Origin: Xanthobacteraceae bacterium
GTDB taxonomy: Bacteria > Pseudomonadota > Alphaproteobacteria > Rhizobiales > Xanthobacteraceae
Direction: 5' to 3'
Length of the DNA stretch: 49,565 nucleotides
Assembly (NCBI GenBank): GCA_035259885.1
Contig: DATFWC010000303.1
Location: forward strand, 1 to 49,565
The notes beneath the pieces are model-generated. The model saw only the letters and a program-made list of their open reading frames with translations. It made no database searches and had not been told where the DNA came from. Shown one piece after another: positions 18,204 through 28,741 of the stretch. Each line of letters opens with the position of its first letter. Positions within the stretch are counted from its first letter, which is position 1. A program made the position numbers and the translations under genes.

Positions 18204-20657
18204 CTACGCCCGCTCGGGCTTGGCGGCGAGCATCTGCGGCTCGGCCGCCGCACCGCTGCCGTCGAGGATCCGCACCTCGTACTGGGGATTGGGGATAGCA
18301 ATCTTGGCCAGGCGGAAGCGGCGCAGAATCTCGAAATGCAGGTCGCTCTTCACTGGCAGGCCGTTGTCCACATGGCCGACCACGCAGCGCAGCTCGAACT
18401 GCAGTGTGCTGTCGAGCGACACCAGGAAGGCGCGCGGCGGCGGCGTTTCCAGCACGAGCGGGTGATCGCGCGCGCAGCTGAGCAGGATGTCGCGCACCTC
18501 TTCCGGATCGGCATCGCAGTTCACCCCGACCTTGCAGATGATGCGGCCGGTCGGATTGCCGTGCGTCCAGTTCTTCACCACGCCGGTGATCAGCTCGGAG
18601 TTCGGGATGATGACGCTGGCGCGGTCGAACGTCTCGATCTCGGTGGCACGCACGCTGATGCGCCGCACGTAGCCTTCCTCGCCCTTGACCACGATGGAGT
18701 CGCCGACGCGGATCGGCCGCTCGGCGAGCAGGATCAGGCCGGAGACGAAGTTCGACACGATCGATTGCAGGCCGAAGCCGATGCCGACCGACAGCGCGCC
18801 GGCGATCAGGGCGATCTTCTGCACGTCGATGCCGAGTGCGGCGAGCGCGAAGGTGAGCGCCGCGATGACGCCGATATAGCCGATGATGGTGGACACCGAG
18901 AGCTGCAGGCTGGGCTCGAGCCCGGTGCGCGGCAGGAAGCGCGTCTGCAGCCAGCGCTGCACGGCGCGCGTCGCCAGGATGCCGATGAGCAGCACGGCGA
19001 AGGCGCCGAGGATGGCGGTGAGCGAGATGGTGATTTCGCCGATGCGGAAGCCGAACACCGCGCCCTGCACGGTGCCGAACATGTCGGCGGCGAACATGCC
19101 GGAACGGCCGAGGACGGGGAAGATCGCCACCAGGACGAGGAGGATGCGGACCACGGCCGACAGCACCGTGCCGATCAGCTCGACGCCGCGCGGGCCGATG
19201 CCGAAGGTCGCCGCAATGGCGCGGTTGCGTGGCGTGTCCCCGGTCAGCACCTCTGTGAACAGGGCGTCGGTGAAGATCAGGCAGATACAGAGCTCGGCCA
19301 GCACCGCCAGTACGATGAGCAGGCGGCTCGCGAGGAACGCCGCGAAGCCGATATAGCCGAGCGCCAGCGCCACCAGGATGGCGGCCACGACCAGCCACGC
19401 CGCCGCCCGGATCCATTGCGCGCCCGCGTGGCCCGCGATTGCCTCGGCCGGAGCGCTCTCGCGCACGCGCAGCAGCGTGCTGGCGACGATCGCCACCACG
19501 ATGACGGCGAACAGCGCGCTGGTGGCGATGGTCAACGACACCGGCGCCACCACGGCGCGGTGGATGACGTTGAGGAAGATCGCGGCACCCAGCACCCGCA
19601 TGGCCCAGGCGAACCGGTGCGTCAGGCGGCGAGCCGTGACGTCGTCGATGGGCACGAGCCGGCGCGCCGGTGTGCCCGGCGCCAGCAGGCCAGCCACGGC
19701 GCCATGGCTGAACGACGCGATGGCGACCGCGGTGACCAGGCCCTTGCCGATGTGCCAGATTGGCGGCGGGATGAGCCCGCAGGCGTCGAACACGAGCAGG
19801 ACGGCGCCCGCGCACAGCGGCGCCGTGAGGCCGACCTGGAGGGTCGAGATCAGCGCGGCCAGCGCCTTGGCGAAGCGCGTCTCCACCCGCGGTACGAATT
19901 CGCGCCGGCGCCACCAGCGCACGAACACGGTGGCGGCGGCCGCCAGCGCCACCAGCGTCACGGCGGCCAGGATGATGCCGCTCACGCCCCCGGTCTCGTA
20001 GGCGTAGCTCCACCACGACTGGACCAGATAGCCGACGCTGCGCAGCTCCTGCGGCGCCGCGTCTGCGACGTCGCGCCAGAAGGTGAACTGCAGCGCGCTC
20101 GGCGTGCGCTTGAACAGGCGTTGGGTGAATATGGCACGGCGGCGGTCGGTAATGCGGTCGGTGAGCTGGTCGGCGCGCAGCGCCAGCTGCCGCGCCTGGC
20201 GCAGCGTGGCGTCGAGCTCGCCAAACACCTTGGTGAGGCGCTCACGCTCCGCCGCCAGTCCGGCATCCTCGGGCGGAGCGGTAGCCGGCGGCGCCGGCCC
20301 GAGCTGCTTGAGGCGCGTATCGACCTCGCTGATCTGCGGCTCGAGCGCATCGGTGCGCCCGCGCAGGCCGTCGCGCACGCCTCCGATGCGGTCGCGCAGC
20401 TCGACCAGAGAATCGTCGCCGATGCCCTCGCGGCCAATCGCGGTCTCGATCTGGTCGAGCTCGAACCGGAACGGGTCCAGCGCCGCGAGCGGCGACGGCC
20501 GTGTCGGCTGCGCCGATGCCGGCTGTGAAGCCGTCGGCTGTGACGATGCGGGCTGCGCCCAGGCCGGCGCTGTCGGCACGAGTGCGATCAGCCCCGCCGC
20601 GACGAGCGCCATCAAGGCCAGCCGGCACACCGGCACGCGAGCGAATCGGGTCGCCAT
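18204..20657 (-). CDS. Mechanosensitive channel, MscK/KefA-like (long periplasmic N-domain plus MscS core)
   Basis: ORF track 18204..20708, trimmed to MATRFARVPVC.... Signal peptide, coiled N-region, about 10 TM segments. MscS-like C-terminus (...LLAERPIRVGDSIVVKGEEGYVRRISVRATEIETFD...). Confidence 0.9.
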   Translation of the reverse strand: MATRFARVPVCRLALMALVAAGLIALVPTAPAWAQPASSQPTASQPASAQPTRPSPLAALDPFRFELDQIETAIGREGIGDDSLVELRDRIGGVRDGLRGRTDALEPQISEVDTRLKQLGPAPPATAPPEDAGLAAERERLTKVFGELDATLRQARQLALRADQLTDRITDRRRAIFTQRLFKRTPSALQFTFWRDVADAAPQELRSVGYLVQSWWSYAYETGGVSGIILAAVTLVALAAAATVFVRWWRRREFVPRVETRFAKALAALISTLQVGLTAPLCAGAVLLVFDACGLIPPPIWHIGKGLVTAVAIASFSHGAVAGLLAPGTPARRLVPIDDVTARRLTHRFAWAMRVLGAAIFLNVIHRAVVAPVSLTIATSALFAVIVVAIVASTLLRVRESAPAEAIAGHAGAQWIRAAAWLVVAAILVALALGYIGFAAFLASRLLIVLAVLAELCICLIFTDALFTEVLTGDTPRNRAIAATFGIGPRGVELIGTVLSAVVRILLVLVAIFPVLGRSGMFAADMFGTVQGAVFGFRIGEITISLTAILGAFAVLLIGILATRAVQRWLQTRFLPRTGLEPSLQLSVSTIIGYIGVIAALTFALAALGIDVQKIALIAGALSVGIGFGLQSIVSNFVSGLILLAERPIRVGDSIVVKGEEGYVRRISVRATEIETFDRASVIIPNSELITGVVKNWTHGNPTGRIICKVGVNCDADPEEVRDILLSCARDHPLVLETPPPRAFLVSLDSTLQFELRCVVGHVDNGLPVKSDLHFEILRRFRLAKIAIPNPQYEVRILDGSGAAAEPQMLAAKPERA

Positions 20658-20863
20658 CGTGGTTTTCCCCTGTGGCCGGGGTCTCACGCGGCCGCAATGC
20701 CGTGTCAAGCATCGCCCTTCGGGCCGGCGCGCCGCCGGTGCCCGCGCCTGCGGTGTTTTGCGAGCCCTGGCAATGCCTTGTGGCGACTGCCGCCGTGTCG
20801 CGTTGTCGCCACAGGAGTATTGCAGTACATGTCGGCAGCTGCGGGGAGGAACGGATTGGCCGA

Positions 20864-23023
<2,160 letters not shown>

Positions 23024-23109
23024 GCAACCTATCCGCCCACGGCCCATTGGACAGCCGCCCGGGTTGGCGCGATCCTGGGCGCGAGGCAAGATTTCCGAGG
23101 GAGAGTGTC

Positions 23110-24411
23110 ATGGACGAGCGCACCCGCGAACCCATCCAGATCCGGGCCGAGGACATCAACCCGCGCTACAACTGGGCGCGCGCGCTGCCGGCGCTCGGCA
23201 CCATGGGGGTCGATTTCGAGGAACGCGTCGACTACCGGCGCCTACACCGCTACCGGCTGTCGCGCGTCAAGCAAGCGCTGGAGAAATCCGACCTCGGCGC
23301 ACTGCTGGTGTTCGACGTCAATAACATCCGCTACATCACGTCGACCAAGATCGGCGAGTGGGAGCGCGACAAGTTGTGCCGCTGGGCACTGCTCACCCGC
23401 GACGGCGACCCGATCCTGTGGGACTTCGGCTCCGCCGCCGTGCACCACAAGCTCTACGTGCCGTGGCTCAAGCCCGAGAACTGCAAGGCCGGGCTGATTG
23501 GCCTGCGCGGCACGGTGTCGCCGTCCTTCGGCCTGATGAAGCGCCACGCCGAGGAAATAGCGGCGCTGATCCGCGAGGCGGGCGTCGGCAACATGCCGGT
23601 CGGCGTCGACATCATCGAGCCGCCGATGATGTTCGAGCTGGAGAAGGCGGGATTGAAGATCGTCGACGGCCAGCAGACCATGCTGGAGGCGCGCGAGGTC
23701 AAGAACATCGACGAGATCGCGCTTCTCAACCGCGCCGCCGCCATGGTGGACGGCGCTTACCACCTGATCAACGAGGAGCTCAAACCTGGCGTGCGTGAGA
23801 ACGACATCGTCGCCAAGGTGAACGAATTCCTCTACCGCAACGGCTCCGATGACGTGGAGGCGATCAACGCCATCTCGGGCGAGCGTTGCAACCCGCACCC
23901 GCACAACTTCACCGACCGCATGCTGCGCCCGGGCGACCAGGCGTTCTTCGACATTCTCCAGTCGTTCATGGGCTACCGCACCTGCTACTACCGGACCTTC
24001 AATGTCGGGCGCGCCACGCCGGTGCAGCACGACGCCTACAAGAAGGCGCGCGAGTGGCTCGACAACGCCATCGCGCTGATCACGCCCGGCGTCACCACCG
24101 ACAAGGTGTGCTCGGTGTGGCCGAAGGCGCCGGAGTTCGGTTTCCCGGACGAGATGGCGGCGTTCGGGCTGCAGTTTGGCCACGGGCTCGGCCTAGCGCT
24201 GCACGAGCGGCCGATCATCTCGCGCGTCGTGTCGATGGATCACCCGACCGAGATCAAGGAAGGCATGGTTTTCGCGCTCGAAACCTATTGCCCGGCCAAG
24301 GACGGGTTCTCGGCCGCGCGCATCGAGGAGGAAGTGGTGGTCACCGACAAGGGCTGCCGCGTGATCACGCTGTTCCCGGCCGAGGAGCTGCCGATCAGCC
24401 ACAGGTATTGA
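23110..24411 (+). CDS. M24-fold (creatinase/prolidase/DddP-like) protein, atypical metal site
   Basis: ORF track 23047..24411, trimmed to MDERTRE... (GAGGGAG upstream). Pita-bread motifs FFD..., GHGLGLALHERP, FALETY, IEEEVVVT. The second canonical Asp appears replaced by Cys (GYRTCYYRT). Confidence 0.8.
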   Translation: MDERTREPIQIRAEDINPRYNWARALPALGTMGVDFEERVDYRRLHRYRLSRVKQALEKSDLGALLVFDVNNIRYITSTKIGEWERDKLCRWALLTRDGDPILWDFGSAAVHHKLYVPWLKPENCKAGLIGLRGTVSPSFGLMKRHAEEIAALIREAGVGNMPVGVDIIEPPMMFELEKAGLKIVDGQQTMLEAREVKNIDEIALLNRAAAMVDGAYHLINEELKPGVRENDIVAKVNEFLYRNGSDDVEAINAISGERCNPHPHNFTDRMLRPGDQAFFDILQSFMGYRTCYYRTFNVGRATPVQHDAYKKAREWLDNAIALITPGVTTDKVCSVWPKAPEFGFPDEMAAFGLQFGHGLGLALHERPIISRVVSMDHPTEIKEGMVFALETYCPAKDGFSAARIEEEVVVTDKGCRVITLFPAEELPISHRY

Positions 24412-24434
24412 GCCCGGTTGCCGTGTGAGGGGAC

Positions 24435-24671
24435 GTGCGAACCGCTCTGCGCTGGAGTTCCTATCGGGCTTTTTTCTATTCGAATGAACGCGACGAACCT
24501 GCGCACGTGCATGTCCGTCAGGGCGACCGGGAAGCCAAATTCTGGCTTCATGACCTTACCGTCGCGGTGAATATCGGGTTTCCTGCACACGAACTCGGCG
24601 ATATTATCCGTCATCTGCGATCACATCGCGAAGAACTGCTGGCGAGCTGGAATGACTACTTTGGAGATTAA
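24435..24671 (+). CDS. DUF4160-family small protein
   Basis: ORF track. GTG start with GAGGGGA upstream. ...AFFYSNERDEPAHVHVRQGDREAKFWL... is the DUF4160 signature as I recall it. About 54% G+C by hand count. Confidence 0.8.
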   Translation: MRTALRWSSYRAFFYSNERDEPAHVHVRQGDREAKFWLHDLTVAVNIGFPAHELGDIIRHLRSHREELLASWNDYFGD

Positions 24672-24894
24672 TGTTGGCGACCTTCGTGCACGCGCGGTCG
24701 AGTTCACGGCGAGCGAACTGGTGGTAACACTCGTCGATGGCCGCAAGATCGCGACGCCGCTTGAATGGTATCCGCGCCTGAAGAACGCCACGCCTGAGCA
24801 GCGCGCCAAATACGAAATCATGCCGATGGGCATTCACTGGCCGGACCTCGACGAAGATCTCGGGATCGCCGGAATGCTGAAGGGGCGTTCCTGA
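24652..24894 (+). CDS. DUF2442-family small protein
   Basis: ORF track. ...VVTLVDGRKIATPLEWYPRLKNATPEQR...IHWPDLDEDL... matches the DUF2442 pattern. Overlaps the DUF4160 ORF by 20 nt in another frame. Confidence 0.8.
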   Translation: MTTLEINVGDLRARAVEFTASELVVTLVDGRKIATPLEWYPRLKNATPEQRAKYEIMPMGIHWPDLDEDLGIAGMLKGRS

Positions 24895-24903
24895 GCCGGC
24901 GGC

Positions 24904-24963
24904 ATGCTGGCCGCCTTCGCCACGCTCCTCGTCTGTCAACTCGCTGGCGAAACCCTGGCTCGG
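24904..24963 (+). pseudogene. N-terminal fragment of a CidA/LrgA-like holin-like gene
   Basis: MLAAFATLLVCQLAGETLA with GC-rich third positions resembles LrgA/CidA N-termini (LL.FQL.GE.L). The coding signal in this frame stops after ~20 codons, and no lrgB-like gene follows. Confidence 0.3.
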
Positions 24964-25168
24964 CGTTCACCCGCGCGCCCGCGCACGGCCTGTGGGAGAG
25001 CGAAGGCGAGACCCACCGCGACGACATCGTGGTGTCGATGTGACGCCGCCCCGACCTCGACAGGACATGGCGGCGGCACTGCCGCAGGCGCCTCGAGACC
25101 ATGTTCCGCCAGGAAAAGATCATCCGTGCGCGGGATGTGGAGATTCTGTAGCGGCACGACCTCTCCAC

Positions 25169-25296
25169 TGTCATCCCGGACGGCTCGCATCAGCGAGCCG
25201 ATCCGGGATCCAAGTATCCCGGCATCAGCAATTTATCCAGACGGGGATACATGGTTCCCGGCTCTCGCGCCTTTGGCGCTCGGCCGGGATGACAGC
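25169..25296. repeat. REP-A element, copy 3 (canonical orientation)
   Basis: CTGTCATCCCGGAC...GGCCGGGATGACAGC, at a convergent junction. Confidence 0.85.
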
Positions 25297-25318
25297 AGAA
25301 ACATCGATGACCCAATGA

Positions 25319-26578
25319 TCAATCCGCCGCGATCCCCATCGCCTCCTGAAAGGCGCGGCGCACGTGCGGCGGCTGGCCGTAGTGATGGCGGAATTCCTTG
25401 AGGCGCGCCTTGAGCAGCGGAAAATTGTCGAACTCGGCGAGCGCCATGCCCTCGGTATTGACCTCGCGCGCCATGTTGGGCAGCGCGATGCACTGCGCCG
25501 CGTTGGCGGTGCGGATGACGCCCTTGGGATCGCGCCCCGCCGCAACCGCGTCCATCTCCTCGAACAGCCGCTGGCGCATCATGGTGATGCCCACATCGCT
25601 CGAGCGCAGGTTCTCCTTGGTGCGGTCCGCGATGGTGCCCTGGCCAACCCAGGCGACGATGTCCTGGTTGATGACGTGGCTGGAAATCCAGCGGCCGGAC
25701 GAGTCCTTGATCGGGCTCACCCAGGTCGGGATGTCCTGCTGCACGAAAGGCTCGCGTTCTCTGGGCACGCGCATGAAGAACCACGCCACGCTGAGCGTGT
25801 TCTCGTCATCCACCGGCACGCGCCATTCGAAATGGCTGCCGAGAAAGAAACCGTTCGGCCACAGCGCCACACGGCCGACCGTCCAGTAGCGGTCGCTCTC
25901 GCTCTGGCCCTCGCGCACGCGCTTGTACACGAAGCCGTGCTCGAACTCCTCGAACTTGATCCTGAGATGTTTTGGCGCCGCGCCGTCGCGGCCGGTGAGG
26001 CGTAGGCTCCAGTTGTCGTGCATCCATTCGAAATGCACCGGATCGATCGAGTTCTCCTGGCACTGGAACCAGTTGCACGGCACATCGGCGAGCACGATCT
26101 CGCGAAAGCCGTTGGGCCAGGTGAACGGCTCCCACTCGGGCAGCTCGGGCGCTGGCTCGGGCCCGAGATAGGCCCACAACAGGCCGGCCAGCTCGCGCAC
26201 CGGATAGGCCGTGGTGGCACAGCGCTCCCTGGCGCGCGGGTTGGCATTGGCCACGTCCTCATACGGCTGCTCCAGGCAGCGGCCGCTCTCGTCGAACAGC
26301 CAGCCGTGGTAGCTGCAGCGGATGCCGGTCGCCTCCACCCAGCCATAGAGGAGATCGGCACGCCGGTGCGGGCAGTGGCGGTCGACCAGGCCGTAACGCC
26401 CGCCGAGATCGCGGTAGAGCACGAGGTCCTCGCCCATGAGCCGGATCGGCTTGATCGGATTTTTTTCGCCAAGCTCCGATGCGCCGGCGATCGGCTGCCA
26501 GTAGCGCCGCAGCAGCGCGCCCATCGGCGTGCCCGGCCCGACGCGGGTGAGCATTTGGTTCTTCTCGGCTGTAAGCAC
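25319..26578 (-). CDS. Rieske [2Fe-2S] non-heme-iron oxygenase, alpha/monooxygenase-type subunit
   Basis: ORF track 25319..26869, trimmed to the GTG start (VLTAEKNQMLTRVGPGTPMG...) with GGGGAGGG upstream. Rieske motif CPHRRADL...CSYHGW. Fe motif DPVHFEWMH. Confidence 0.9.
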   Translation of the reverse strand: MLTAEKNQMLTRVGPGTPMGALLRRYWQPIAGASELGEKNPIKPIRLMGEDLVLYRDLGGRYGLVDRHCPHRRADLLYGWVEATGIRCSYHGWLFDESGRCLEQPYEDVANANPRARERCATTAYPVRELAGLLWAYLGPEPAPELPEWEPFTWPNGFREIVLADVPCNWFQCQENSIDPVHFEWMHDNWSLRLTGRDGAAPKHLRIKFEEFEHGFVYKRVREGQSESDRYWTVGRVALWPNGFFLGSHFEWRVPVDDENTLSVAWFFMRVPREREPFVQQDIPTWVSPIKDSSGRWISSHVINQDIVAWVGQGTIADRTKENLRSSDVGITMMRQRLFEEMDAVAAGRDPKGVIRTANAAQCIALPNMAREVNTEGMALAEFDNFPLLKARLKEFRHHYGQPPHVRRAFQEAMGIAAD

Positions 26579-26643
26579 GGGCGCCCTCCCCTCTGGTGCT
26601 CGAGGAGATTGGCAAGCACGCGATGCCGCCGCAACCGGTCGCG

Positions 26644-27411
26644 CTATGCGCGCGCGGCGCTGCTCTGGCGCAGATGCGGCATGCGCTCGCTGAGCAGCGA
26701 GCCCGGATAGTAGGTCAGGGCGAAGGCCGGCTGGGCGCGGATTTCGTCGAACCAGCGCACGACGCGCGGCAGGTCCTGCCAGTCCCCGGCGCGGCCGAGG
26801 TCGGCCATGCGCACCAGTGCCGGCATCACGGAAATGTCGGCGAGCGTGATCTCTTTGCCCAGGAGCCACGGGCCGCCGCTGCGGGCGATCTCGGCGTCCA
26901 TGCGCTCGTAGGTGCGGCGCAGGCGGGCGAGCGCGGCCTGCATCTCGGCGTCGGGGAAGCCCTTGCGCCCCATGGTCAGCATGAACTCGCGGCGCAGCGG
27001 CTTGGCCTCGGCAAAGGCCTGAAACTCCTCGTCGCTCATGGCGGCAAAGCGCGGCAGGAAGGCGAGATTGAATGTGGGCACGCGCACCGCCGCCGCCGGC
27101 ATCTCGTCAATGAAGCGCATGAGCGAACGCATATGCGCGCGCTCGGCCGGTTCCGGCGGCGTGAAGCTTTGCGCCGGCGCCACCTCGTCGAGATATTCGA
27201 CGATGACCGAAGAGTCGATGATGATCGCGCCGTCGTGGTCGAGCGTCGGCACCACGCCGTTGGGATTAAGCTTGAGATACTCGGGCTTGAGCTGGTCGCC
27301 CGCCAACAGGTCGAGCTTCACCTCCGTGAACGGAAGCTGTTTGGCATTGAGCACGAAGCGGACCCGCTGGCTGCAGGTCGACGGCGGCGCGTTGTAGAGC
27401 GTGAAGGGCAT
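26644..27411 (-). CDS. Glutathione S-transferase family protein
   Basis: ORF track 26644..27492, trimmed to MPFTLYNAPPS... (GGAG upstream). ...NPNGVVPTLDHDGAIIIDSSVIVEYL... GST N-domain. Confidence 0.85.
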   Translation of the reverse strand: MPFTLYNAPPSTCSQRVRFVLNAKQLPFTEVKLDLLAGDQLKPEYLKLNPNGVVPTLDHDGAIIIDSSVIVEYLDEVAPAQSFTPPEPAERAHMRSLMRFIDEMPAAAVRVPTFNLAFLPRFAAMSDEEFQAFAEAKPLRREFMLTMGRKGFPDAEMQAALARLRRTYERMDAEIARSGGPWLLGKEITLADISVMPALVRMADLGRAGDWQDLPRVVRWFDEIRAQPAFALTYYPGSLLSERMPHLRQSSAARA

Positions 27412-27437
27412 GGGACACTCCGCACGATAGTGGCGGT

Positions 27438-27574
27438 TGTCATCCCGGACGGCGCGCAGCGCCGATCCGGGATCCAGGTACCCCGGCATCACAGATCAAT
27501 GTTGGCAGTATTGCAAGCGCGATGGTCGTGGATCCCGGCCCTCGCGCCTATAGGCGCTCGGCCGGGATGACAGC
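27438..27574. repeat. REP-A element, copy 4 (canonical orientation)
   Basis: TTGTCATCCCGGACGGCGCGCAGCGCCGATCCGGGATCC...GGCGCTCGGCCGGGATGACAGCC. Confidence 0.85.
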
Positions 27575-27602
27575 CGAGAAGATGGCTGGACCTCGTTCCG
27601 CC

Positions 27603-28562
27603 TCAGCTCTCCAGCCCGGTGGGCACGTTCTTGTGCTCGCTCTCGAGTTTCATGCCGGAGGCGAGCGCCATGGTCTCGGCCAGCGCGGCAAAATCCTTCT
27701 GCAGGTATTCGTCCGCGTTCTTCTGCAGGGTGGCGGCGCCGAAGTGGCTCTGGATCACCTCGCGCGCCGCGGCGGTGACTGGCATGATCACGTCGTTCTC
27801 GCGCCCGAGCTCGAGCCCGAGGTCGAGGTCCTTGCGCAGCAGCTCCGGTGTGAACGTGGTGGTCCAGTCGAGGTTGACCAGCGCCGGCGACTTGTAGGCC
27901 GTGAACATCGAGCCCATGACGCTGTTGTTGAGGAAGGCCAGGAAGGCGTGGCGCGGCACGCCCATCTTGTTGGTCAGCAGCGTGATCTCGATCAGGTTCT
28001 CGATGACGACGCCGAGCATGACGTTGTGGGCGATCTTGCACACGCGCGCGAGCTCGCCTTCGCCGACGTAGGAGACGCCGCGCGGTGCGAACACATGGAT
28101 CATCGGCTCGGCGGCGCGGAACGCTGCTTCCGGGCCGGACGCGACGGCGGACAGCTTTCCGGCCTTGATCACCTTGGCGTTGCCGCTCACCGGGCAGGCG
28201 ACGAAGTCGGCGCCGAGCTGCTTCAGGCGGTCGCGGATGGCGGCGGATTCCTCGACCCCGATGGTGGAGCAGTCGACGAACACCGGCGGCACTTTTCCGC
28301 CCGACCCGGTGACGCTGTTCTTGCCGAAATAGACCTGGTCGAGATCCTTTCCCGTCGAGACGATGGAGAACAGCACGTCGACGCCCTTGAGGTCGAACAG
28401 GTTGTCGACGATCTTGCCGCCCTTCTTGGCGAGCGGCTCGGCCTTCGACCGCGTGCGGTTCCAGATCGAGACGTCGTAGCCGGCATCGAGCAGCCGCTCG
28501 GCCATGGGGTAGCCCATGCGGCCCATGCCGATCCAGCCGATCTTGTGAGTGTTCTTCGCCAT
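27603..28562 (-). CDS. NAD(P)-dependent beta-hydroxyacid dehydrogenase (3-hydroxyisobutyrate dehydrogenase family)
   Basis: ORF track 27603..28610, trimmed to MAKNTHKIGWIGMGRMGYPMAERLL (AGGAGA upstream). GxGxxG plus a 6PGDH-like NAD-binding pattern. Confidence 0.9.
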   Translation of the reverse strand: MAKNTHKIGWIGMGRMGYPMAERLLDAGYDVSIWNRTRSKAEPLAKKGGKIVDNLFDLKGVDVLFSIVSTGKDLDQVYFGKNSVTGSGGKVPPVFVDCSTIGVEESAAIRDRLKQLGADFVACPVSGNAKVIKAGKLSAVASGPEAAFRAAEPMIHVFAPRGVSYVGEGELARVCKIAHNVMLGVVIENLIEITLLTNKMGVPRHAFLAFLNNSVMGSMFTAYKSPALVNLDWTTTFTPELLRKDLDLGLELGRENDVIMPVTAAAREVIQSHFGAATLQKNADEYLQKDFAALAETMALASGMKLESEHKNVPTGLES

Positions 28563-28741
28563 CGAAAAGTTCTCCTGTAGCGGCATGCGCCGGGCCCCTG
28601 CAGGCAACACCCGCAGCGGACATCCGGATGATGATCGCGGATTTCGCCGCCCGCACTAACACGGCAGCGGTGACGTCGCAATGCGCTTGAAAACCGCGCT
28701 GGACTGGGGAGTGGGAGCGCGCCGAGCTCGCCGTTAATGCA

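Noticed and set aside
17602-20016. Long N-terminal extensions of track ORFs: 17602..20016, 9709..11712, 20501..23023, 25319..26869, 34391..36055, 16275..17519, 45880..47310, 46146..48299.
   Set aside because: The recognisable protein starts at an internal ATG or GTG with an SD-like sequence, often right after the upstream gene stop. The upstream extension overlaps a neighbouring real gene in another frame or runs through a REP element.
24409-24900. Possible direct repeats TGAGCC(C)GG flanking the DUF4160/DUF2442 cassette as target-site duplications.
   Set aside because: Only 6-8 nt, imperfect. Both copies include stop codons of the adjacent genes. This is too short to distinguish from chance in GC-rich DNA.
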